Source: a virus (taxonomy: Duplodnaviria > Caudoviricetes). Taken from it: a stretch of DNA of 62,221 nt. The DNA lies in the IMG/VR virus record IMGVR_UViG_3300008120_000047, positions 1-62,221 of that record. One strand, written 5' to 3'. The notes beneath the pieces were generated by a model that saw nothing but the letters and a program-made list of their open reading frames with translations, did no database searches and had not been told where the DNA came from. The stretch's first letter is position 1; each line of letters starts with the position of its first letter. Below are positions 16,722-27,300 of the stretch, piece after piece. The position numbers and the translations under genes are program-made.

Positions 16722-17940
16722 TTATCTTTCTTATTATTTCGTGAATGTCTTCGGGCTTAGTCGCCAACTGCCTAGGCAAAGATAATCCAAAACAATTACA
16801 ATTTTGCCCATACACATTGAGCAGGTAGAGAACGTCATTTGACGTGACCATGTGATCCAGATCTATATCTCCTTCTGTGCAGAACTCGCAGCCCATGTTA
16901 GAAAGCATGACAAGCAAGTCGCTTGTACCTACGTGACAATCCCCGTCTAAATCCCCGAAACAAAACACCTCATCAGAAAACAAGTCAGATCTTTGATACT
17001 CAAGCATAGCATGCATACGATCTATCTGTCCGTCAGTAAACACATCTCTGCATTCTTCTGGACAGTAGTCCATATGGTTGTTGGGGTAGAACTGCACCCC
17101 TCCGTAATTCATCAATGGGCAATGATACCCTGGAACATCTGGACAGCCTTGGCTAACCTTTGTAGGAGGCGTGTCGCACACGTAGTCTCCACTGTGTTCA
17201 CAAGGGCCTAGGTATTGACCGCAGTTAGATATGGCGCTTGCGCCGTTCTTAAACACATGATGCAGTCCGCAGTAGTGACCAACCTCGTGAGTAAGGGTTT
17301 CATTCTCAAACCTGAACGTGAGGTGAGGCCCGTATGTCCCCATCACTTCTGTCTCTACCCACACCCCGTCCAACACGCTATAGGGAATATATGTAACCCA
17401 TGCAAAACCAAGGATCGATGAGCAGAAGTCTGGGGCAACGTAGATATTGCAGTACTCTGCGGTATTCCATTTAACCATGTTAGTCCACTGAGCCATCTGC
17501 GTTCCGTACTGAGGGAAGCACACCCCAGATCCTGACCTATACGAAGAGGCCCATGTGAAGCTGTTCAGATTGGTATAATCGATGTCCTCAAGAGTGAACG
17601 AGATGTCAGTTCCTTCAAAGTCCACATTCAGCTGAACCATAGCATCCTCAATAATAGACTCTTGGATTTGGCTATTGGCAAACGCTGTGTCCCAAAGCAC
17701 ATGAACTACGCACTTAATCTCTTTGTGGTTGTATGCAGTTCTATTTTTTGTATGGTTCTTTGGGAGTATGTCTTCTTGAGGCCCCATAACGAAGCACTCC
17801 TCTTGAGCTACAGCTGGGGAGGAGCATGACGAGAACGCCATAAAGAGCAATACGACCATCACGGCCAGCACCTTCAAAAACACAAACGCACTACAATCGT
17901 ATACCGTATCGTATATGCTGGCTGATTCTCCTGTTCTCAT
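16699..17940 (-). CDS. M43 (pappalysin/ulilysin-like) zinc metalloprotease with signal region and dockerin-like C-terminal repeats
   Basis: HEVGHYCGLHH; GD.VCDTPP; Met-turn NHMDY; FT.GQ..RM; GDLDGD and GDIDLD repeats. Confidence 0.92.
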   Translation of the reverse strand: MRTGESASIYDTVYDCSAFVFLKVLAVMVVLLFMAFSSCSSPAVAQEECFVMGPQEDILPKNHTKNRTAYNHKEIKCVVHVLWDTAFANSQIQESIIEDAMVQLNVDFEGTDISFTLEDIDYTNLNSFTWASSYRSGSGVCFPQYGTQMAQWTNMVKWNTAEYCNIYVAPDFCSSILGFAWVTYIPYSVLDGVWVETEVMGTYGPHLTFRFENETLTHEVGHYCGLHHVFKNGASAISNCGQYLGPCEHSGDYVCDTPPTKVSQGCPDVPGYHCPLMNYGGVQFYPNNHMDYCPEECRDVFTDGQIDRMHAMLEYQRSDLFSDEVFCFGDLDGDCHVGTSDLLVMLSNMGCEFCTEGDIDLDHMVTSNDVLYLLNVYGQNCNCFGLSLPRQLATKPEDIHEIIRKINDSQKKN

Positions 17941-18395
17941 CTTTTATTTAGTTTTACTTTTTCATAGGATCTTCCAGCAAAGTATGCTGTAAATGCGGTA
18001 GTCATCAGTATGCTGAACGTGTCTATGTACGCTGATTTTATGTTAAACAACACTTTATCAGCGCTATCCATGGCTACAAATATAGTAAAAACAAAGACCA
18101 GATAACACAGCATGATTGGCCTTATGTTCTTTGATAACCAAGAGTCAGACATCATATCCGCCTTCCATCTCTCGGTTACGTTATTCTGTGCGTTAGCCTC
18201 GTAATCAAGCAGCATCTTCTCAAACTCCATCTTTTCCTGAGCGGTCATGTTGGGGTCAAGATCAATCAGCCTTTTCACAACGCCAAGGGCGCCTTGGTCT
18301 GGAAGCAGTTCGCCTACCGTGTCGAGGACTTGCGGGGCTTTGTCTTTTAGCCAAGTTCCCAACTTGGTATCTTTTAGTTTCTTTCTGTCTCTCAT
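17937..18395 (-). CDS. Holin-like membrane protein (GTA 3TM type)
   Basis: RWKADM.SDSWLSKNIRP, two TM helices, AYF.GRS.EK. Confidence 0.8.
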   Translation of the reverse strand: MRDRKKLKDTKLGTWLKDKAPQVLDTVGELLPDQGALGVVKRLIDLDPNMTAQEKMEFEKMLLDYEANAQNNVTERWKADMMSDSWLSKNIRPIMLCYLVFVFTIFVAMDSADKVLFNIKSAYIDTFSILMTTAFTAYFAGRSYEKVKLNKR

Positions 18396-21300
18396 GGCTG
18401 GAGGCTTTGGTGTCTTTTCTCTATAAGGTCAAGCAGATAAACAGAGTGAGGCATAAACGTACCGTCTGGATAGTACTCTATCATAGAGTTATACTTTCCG
18501 TTTATTTCGTTTAGAGCATCGATCTTCTCTGCGTCAGACATGTTCTGGTATTCAGGTCTCCTCATGAACTCCTGTATGTGAACATATCTGTGTGAGTTAG
18601 ACATCTCAAGCATGTCGTTAAGTTCTTCTGCTGTAAGAGAGAACCTAAATTCCTCGCCAGTCTTACCTATAAACGAGTAGCTCTTGCCTCTATCTCTAAG
18701 CTTATCGAGAGCGACTCTAGCCTTCTTCTCCTTGAACGAAGGGACTTCAAGCTTTCTATGTACAGAGGAAGCGTAGTACGGAGTACCAACCGCCTTAGGG
18801 AGCTCTCCAGTTCTTGTGTAGATACCAAGTATCTCTATAGACACTGGGTCGCTTCCAGTTGTTGTCGTCTTGTATGGGTCAAACATGTAGTACGCGAACT
18901 GATTACCACCCTTTGGCGCCTGATCAATTCTCTCGCCCTTCCAGTTAACTTTTACAGGAAGTCCGTCGGTGTTAAAGGTTCTTTCTTTTACGTGATTGAA
19001 TATTCTGTTCATGAGACTTTCATCTCTCTTGTCTGGCAAGAACTCTCTGGTTGCCATATTAGCTCCAGAGAAGAAGTTTGGAATAGCCATTGCGGTGTAT
19101 GCCTTAGACAGGCTCTCGGCATATCTCTCCATGGCTATCTCAAGCTTTTCTGGATCAGACTCAGTGATCACCTCAAGCATTCCATTCAAGCCTTGCATGA
19201 AGCTCTGGTCCATCATGTATGAAATAAGAGATGCGTTTTCCATGCCCAAGAATCTCTTAAGCACATTTATACCCTTTGTGGGGTTATTGATGGCATCTTG
19301 AGCTGCCTCTTTAGTCATGCTCTGAGCGTAAGCGCCCATGATGGAGCCAAGCACCCCAAATGTCTGGTAGCTCTTGTATACATCACCTTCCTGAGGCGTT
19401 GGATCTTCTCCGTTCATAAGCCTTTTAAGAGCGCTTATATTGATGCTGTTGGGAGGCAGGACGTCATACATGATGTTGGTCTTCTCGTCGTCCTCCCAGT
19501 CAACAGCCCCGCTAAGTACCCCACCAGCAATCATGTAAAGAGCACCTTGAGTAAAGACCTGTCCCACCATAACCTTGGTAGCATTCTTCGACGCCTCTTC
19601 TGCATTGTTGTTTAGAATATTAGAAGCGACTCTTGCGGTTCCGAATGCGGGAGATATATAAGTCAGCGACTCCTCCATAAAGTTGGCAATGGTCGTGACA
19701 TAGGGTACGTTAGACCTGATGAAGAATCTAAAGAACCCAGGCGCATCAAACCCTTTGTTGTTTTCGAACATCTTGCCAAGACCTCTCGAGATGTTGCTTA
19801 TGATCCACATGCTACCCCTAGCAAGTCCCCCTTCTTTCTGGAAGGTCATTCTAGCCCCTTCATCTGCCGCCTTGTCCATGGCCTCTCTGTTTGGGTACTT
19901 AAGGAATCTAGCCAGCTCAGTCCCCTTAAGTCCCTTGCCAACACCTATGTGGTATAATTCTGTCGCTTCAGCGAATCTTCTAAATGGAATATCTCCGAGC
20001 GACAGGAACCTAAACATAGTTTCAGCTGGTATACCAAACGTCCCAGCCACCAAAAGCTTGGCCCTAGAGTTCAGTCTCTGACGACCGTTTTTGGTTTGAG
20101 GTATGTCGTTAGACAAAGCTGCGATCAAAGATCTTACGGGCATAAAACCTCTGTCCATCCTCCATTCAGCCACCTCCTTGGATCTGCCAGTAGCCACCTG
20201 TTCAACTGCCTCCACCCAACCAGAGCCAAACTTCTTTATTCCATGTAGATACGCAGCCATGCTAACCCTTCTGCCAGACGTCTTCATTCCCATCAACCCA
20301 AGCAACTTCTCGATTGGGTATGACGTAAGGTCAACCATGGTTCTCGGGAACATCTGGGCTATGTTGTAGGCGATGTTTTTGGCTTGAGACATAGACGTGA
20401 GCAGGTTACCCTGCATGAGCTGTATACCTATGTCTGACCAAGTCTTGTCTACGAATACATTGGTGAGCGTGTCCAGCTTTGCTTGAGCTTCCATGTGGCG
20501 CTTCATGGCCTCATTAAGCTCTACTTCTACATCTTCGCCAGCGATGGCTCTATCCAGAAGCGCTTGATACTCTCTGTATGAATCCATGAATGAATCAGCT
20601 GCCAGCTGAAGGTCATTCTTCTGGCTCTCGCTTAATACCTTTCCTTGGCTTTCTGAGAGCTTTGCAATCATCGAATAGATGCCAAAAGAAGTGGACGTCT
20701 TGAGTTCGGCAAACTGTCTAAGCAGTCTACCAACTGAAGTACCCATTTTCGCTAAGTCTTCGAGCACCCCTGGGATAGCTTCCGTTCTTCCTTCTGTTTG
20801 AAGCCTGTTGATGATCTCTATAGCGGCAAGAACTCCAAGATCATCGTTTCTGTTCATGAGAGATCCAAGCTTATCTCCTCTCATCATGGACACCAATTCT
20901 TGAATACTCTTGCCTCTCAGCTCTTCTTTTGCAGCGCCAAGGTGTTGTGTATCAAGATAATTGTTTGGGTTGTCCAGTATGTCATTTTTTATCTCATAAA
21001 AATCCTCCGAAACAGAAGCCCTTTCAGCAGTTCCTCTTAGCCTGCCCTTCTTCTTGGCAGGATTCACCATTATGGCCCTCTGGTTTTCTGGGGTTAAAGA
21101 ATCAAAAATATCAAGCAGCATGTCCTCGTCTTCGGTGTAAGCCTCAGGCATGTACTTTCTCAGGTTCTCCCTAACCGCCTCAATTATGTCTTCATTCTGA
21201 GCCTGCGTTCTTGTTGCTGCTGAGGCAGTTGTCTCGGCTGCGCTGAGACCATTCTTGTTCATAGACTCTGGGTAGTACTGTATGTTGCCTCTCGCAATCA

Positions 21301-24300
21301 TCTTACCGCCTATAAACGTCACTTCGTCTGCGCTCTTTATGAGCCTTCCATTCTCGTCAGCAAACCCGTTATTTCTCAGCGGGTCCATCTCTATCAACAC
21401 CCCAGTCATCAAATCGTCCCCTTCTTGAGGGCGTCTAAACTTTCCTGATACGTGTCTCTTTGGCCCTTCGTTATTAGTAGCTATACCAGCCATGCTAAAC
21501 GCTGAAGGACGTGGAAACTTAACGTCAGTTAGAACAGTTTCACTCGTGACGTGCATTGGTTGCCCACTAAGTGTCTTTGACACGTTAATCACAGGGAATA
21601 ACGTCTCAGACATTATCCTTGGATCCACATAAGCAAATACCCTTTGACCTTCTTTTGGCTCTGATCCTTGAGCCAGCAATGCCGAATGCAGGGGGTAGGC
21701 CGAAACGACATCTGTCAAGTTATCTTGATCCAGTAGATCACCGTTAGGGCCAATAAAAGAGTCCAGTCCATGAGTTCTTGATTCTCCTGGGACTAGGCTA
21801 TACATAGCCTGTCCTTCGTAGACCCTGTCTAGCTCAGTGCCCTCCATCAACATTACAAGTCCATCGCTAGCTCTCTCGCTTAATTCAGCGTCAAATATGC
21901 CACTCGCTCTCTCTGTTGTGGCTGCGACCATGGCGTCCCGATAGGTCTGGTATTGACTGCCAGACACCCCAGCCACAGACCTTTGATCATGGTTCAAATG
22001 AAATAACATCTGTTGCGCGGTCGCTACAGTTACGTTAGTGCCATATAGCTTAGACATTTCCTGAGCCATTCTGGTCACAACCTTCGAGTTAAAGCTTCTC
22101 TCCTCGTTGCCCCTTGGTTTGGTAGGGAGTATATCCTTTTTGTTCTTATTAAACCATTTTGATATTTCTTTTATTTGTTTATCGTTAAAACCAAGATCCA
22201 TGCCTTTGTGGTTCTCGTAGCAACTTCTGACAATCAAATCAGATATAAAGGCGATCCTTGCCTTCGGCGTTTCAAGGGCTTTATAGTTTTCTTTTCCAAG
22301 TATTTTTTCTAATTGCTTCCATGGAATACGCTTCATTTTAGAGCCCCTGAACACATTGATTACCTGTACCAGGTGCGCGTCCTGCGTCAATACATTTTCA
22401 TTGCCTATTAAATTAGATGCCCAAGCCCCAACTTTCTGGGAAAGAAATTCCATCAAGGCTGAATTTGCCCATCTAGTCTCAAGTCCTGGCTTGTTTGCGA
22501 GATCCATCAAGAAAGCGTCATAAGACCCACCTACATCATTTCCTTGTATGTTGTTTATGAACTTCTTAAGTTGTTTGCCTATTGACTTGGCTCTATGTGG
22601 ATTGACGCCTACTTTTTTGAATGCGTTTGCGTTCTCCACTTTATTCATAAGACCCCTTATTGTCTTCTTTTTAACATCTATACTTCCGTCTTGAGCCATG
22701 TTTCTGGCCAGAGACATCATCACATATTTAGCAAGGGCTATGTTGTTGAAAGAAGTATTTCCGTTTGACGTTATAGCTATTATACACTTGAAAAGATTTA
22801 TGTTGTTGTTAGCCCAGTCAAGCCCCTTTTGCCCGCCAAAGTCGGATGGGTCTGAGTCCCTCAAGAACTCAACTATAGCGGAGTTAGTCTCCTCAAAAAA
22901 AGACATGGATCTAAGAGTGCCCCCTTTAATCTTTTCGTCAAACGCGGACATAACAGAGTCCACCGCTCTCTCAGATATTATCCTGGAAGCTCTGTCGGTC
23001 ATGGTTAAAAGCGGCGTAAGTCTTCCAGCCGCATGCAATACGTTCTGGGCATATATGGAATCAACCATGGCGCCAGTCCTGTCTCCTTCAAAAGCATATC
23101 TTTTGGCGTTCTCTTCTGGAACGCCTATAGACCTCAAAAGAGCATACATATCTTTCTGGTGAAACTCTCTTTCGGATTTTGGCGACGAATCAATTCGGTC
23201 TGCCAACAAAGAAAACTTCATCCTAAAATCCGCTTGACTTCTTGCTGGGCCAACGTCCAAAGAGAACATTGCGGTTTCAGCCCCCATGCCGTCTCTCTCT
23301 TGTATGTATTCATCAAGAAGTGAGTAAGCATACTGTATATGCTCTATAGATCCTTCTAGAACTCTACCAGATGGAGTGCTTACATATCCATTAGCGTCTG
23401 CGTTCTCTAGCCCATATGAACGCAGTGCAGTTGCAGACCCTGAAGCACCATACTTAGCCGATATAAACTCTTTAATACCATTAGATACAACGATCCAATT
23501 ACTTCTTAATTGGTCTTTGTTTTTCTGATCTTTGAATCTACGATCTAGTTCTTTAGCTTCATATGATATAGGTCTGTTATATTTTTCTCTGCCGAGAATC
23601 TCTCCAGTTTGTTTGTTCACCTCAGGGGCTGGGGGTCTGAGTTCTTTTTTATTGCCCTGATCATCGATATAATAGAACTCGCTCACCATCTTATCTCTCC
23701 CGTTATTGGTCATGTAGTTATACCAATTCCTGAAGTGAGCGTAGTCATTAAATGTTTTTTTGTGGTTTTTTACTTTAGTTGTTACTCCCTGCTTATTTTC
23801 AAACGTCTCTTGGTACTCAACGGTCTTGTTGTACAGGAATGACTTTTCACCTCTAAAAGAGAACAGTGCCTCATCTGGTGACTGGGTCTCTGCATTTTCC
23901 TCTTGCGAATCCTCTATGTCTAGTTTCTCCTGTATCTGATTTACTGAAAGTCCTTTATTTGCGACCAAGGAATCAGAAAACATTTTGATCAGCCTGTACT
24001 TAGAAACCTCTGAAAACTCCTCAGTCTTCACTCCAAACACAGACAATGCCTTTTTTATAGCCTCAAAGATTGGCTCCATTAGTTCTGCCAATTTCTCTTT
24101 TGGGCCTCCAGGTAGTTTTACATTTTTGCTCAGCACCATAGAAAGAGCCTCGGCCAGCTGCTCTTCCTCCACAGGTAACCCCCTAATTCCAACCCTTTCA
24201 TAAACATCTTTCTTGTCTTGCATAAGTCTCGCAAGAACTTCGTCTTTTGCTAGTATAGCATGGCAAGCCCTAATCAACCTAGCCTTGGCCCCAGTTCCTA

Positions 24301-27300
24301 AGGACGCAAAGTGTGCATGCAACACCTCTTCAATCACATCCTTAAAGGAGGCGTTTTTACTTAAATAAACAGTCTTGTTGAAGTAAGCGCCTTTTGGCAT
24401 GGCCCCGTCCAATAGCTTGCCCAAGGCACTTTTCTCCCCAGCTTCTATCAGCGACCTAGAGAGCGAGTATTCATCATCAGCCAAGACAATCCGTACATTC
24501 AGTTTATCAGACAGATTCTGAAGCATGCTCACCGCCCTCGCTCCAAAAATGTCTGTCATTGAGCCAGAAACAGAGTCAGTGACATCAACTGATGGCGTTG
24601 CTTCTGCAAGCCTTGTGTCCAAGTCAACATCACCAGATCTAAGTGGTGAAGCCATGGCTTCGTCAATTCCGCTCTTGTTCTTGTTGTAAAACAACTCTTG
24701 AGCAGGTGTAAGGTTTTCCTTTCTTCTGAGACTCTCTATAACGCTGCTCTCTAGGAAGCTGTCTATAGCGGACTTTGATGCCCCATTTTGCCGCATTGAT
24801 ACAACCTCTGCTTGCAAAGCGGCATCCCTGTTTCTCAGTCCAACGGGTAATTCTCTGTTAATCTTAACTCTGCCTCTTGGGTCGTACACCATGAAAGCAT
24901 CACCGTTTTCGTCATAACTCACAACTCTGTAACCAAGTGACTTGGTTTCCTCCAGATTTGACACTTCAACACGACCGCCCACACCCAAAGGACCGACTCG
25001 ACGTGGTCTTCCTGACTGGTTTAATTCAGACTTTCTAGCCGCAAGCTCTTGTTGCTTAGCGCTAAGTCTCTCTATCTCCCTGTTAGCTTCCTCAAATCTA
25101 GCGGCGTTGCTGGGGTCATTGAGACCCCCGAAAGCGTTCTCGGCTCTCCTTCTTCTGTCTTTTGCTCTATTTATGAGTCTTTCATTTGCGGCAATAGCGG
25201 TATCTATGCCGCCCTCACCCAGTGTTAACTGGTGCGGAAGCCTATACTTAGATTGTATGTTTTCAAGCGAAGTGTGAGCGGCCTCTAACTCTTCTATAAT
25301 TTCTTTACTAGTAGACCCCGCTCGAACTCTCTGCTCAAGAATAGCTATCTGGTTTTGTATCTTATTTATCTCTCCTAGATCTCTATGGTTAACAGCACCT
25401 ATATAGTCAAGCAGGTCTTGACTAGCGGACAACACCGCCATATTTCCCCTAAGCTTTTCAAAAAACTGATCAATCGCATCATTTCGCTCCCTGCTGCCCT
25501 CTTGTGTCTTCTCAAGAATTAAATTCAATTCTCTTGAGGCGTCTACCGAAAGCATTCTATAATCTGGAGAACCTTTTGCTACTGAGATACCAGCAACGGT
25601 TCCGCCAAAAATCCCAGAAGAAATAGCTGTTTTTTGTGTCTCATCTAAAACTGCATTGGTGTTATAGAAAAATGAGTAATCTCCAGTGGTGTATGCTGTT
25701 GTAAGCTGTTGGTGAAACATTGTAGCTATCTCAGTAGCCACCTCTGGAGCCACATATCCAAGCCCTATACGAGAGGCAATTCTAGCCCCGAACTCCGTAC
25801 GGGATTCCATTATCATCCTTCTAAGGCCACCCTTTACGAAGCTATCCATTAAGGCTAAATCACCAAAGTAGCGCTCAAGTGTACCCGCTACAACACCCAC
25901 TGAAGCGGTTGCTAAAAACCTTTCTGGTCTAGATAATGATGCAAATTCTGGATTATTTCTTTGTGACTCATTGTAGCTAGCAGCCTCCAACACTGACATC
26001 ACTGCAAAACCAGCATTTGGTCCGCCAACGTAAGATGCCAACCCTGCGGCTCCAAACTGAGGAATAGATTTTGCGGCGTTAATCGCTCCCTCAGCAAAGC
26101 CATCTTCTTTATACGTGGCAAACAAACCAGCAACTTGATCTGTAAAGCTTTCATCTGTGGCTCGCTGCGCGTACTCCTCTACGGTTGCGCCTCCAGAAAA
26201 TGTATCGGATACATAATTTCCTAGCGTTGGTATAAGGTCAGCAAAACCAGCCCCTGCCGTGGCATAAAGTCTAGCGATGAAGTTTAATGTAGCCTCAGAC
26301 GCATCCACAACACCCACCAACGCTTCAGGCAAAGCAACATCGTTGAAAGATGGAAATGTTATAAAGTTTGTGCCAGTAGTACTATCCGTTCCTGGGGTGA
26401 GGTTTATGTAAACCCCCAAAGTTTTCAACTTATTTTCTATGTTGTTTAACTGATCTACAGTTATTCTAGGCTTCCCCCCTATTGTCTCTGGACCACTCAA
26501 AACCTCGACAACCCTTAGTGCTATTTCTTCTCTATTTTTTGTTAGCTCACCCTGCAACCATGAGTTGTACGCTCCTATGTACTCTACTCCCTCTGGGTTT
26601 TTGTCTGACAACCCTTGATACTCTTCGCTTTGCCTGAAATAGTAGCTCGCTGGATCTCCAGACTTCATTGCCTCTGCAAGATTCCCAGACTTTTCTGCAA
26701 GAAAAATAGGGACTATAGAGTTATATGTGTTTAGCGCACTTATAGCAAGTCCGTTTTCTGGATTGCTATTAAATGACGCCATTTTTTCTTTATACACTTG
26801 ATGAAGGGCAAGCCTCTGCTTTGCCTCTTCAAATTCCTGTTTTGCTTTATCCTCTCGAGTTAAAACACTGCCTTCGTCACCTAACCCCATATAAACTATC
26901 TCCCCGTCTGGACCCACAACTGAAGGGGCAGACGAATAAAGCTCTTCAACATTGGCTTGGGCCTGTTCGTACCTTACTTCACTCTCTTTAGTAATCCTTC
27001 TAAGATTGATCTCAATTTCTTCTGAAGGCAAAGGGACCGAAGGAAGAAGAGAGGCTATTTCTACCCTTTCAGTAAGCCGTGGAACTAGGGTCAAGCTGAA
27101 TTTTCTAGCAGATTCCTGTATGTCCTCGGCCCTGACCTCTTGACCATATGCTTCACTAAGTCTAGCGGACAACGCCTGTGCTTGGGTTGGGTCAATAGCC
27201 CCGTAAGCCATGGTTATTTCATTTCCTATCTCGGTCTCAAGAACAGCAGATCTGAGTTGTCTATGTATATCTTGAGCTGATCTTCTTGATATTCCTTTTA

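Noticed and set aside
24615-24636. GDVDLD in the giant protein as a crAss-type RNAP DxDxD motif
   Set aside because: It sits in a linker before the zincin domain with no other RNAP motifs visible; a structure search is needed to exclude it fully.
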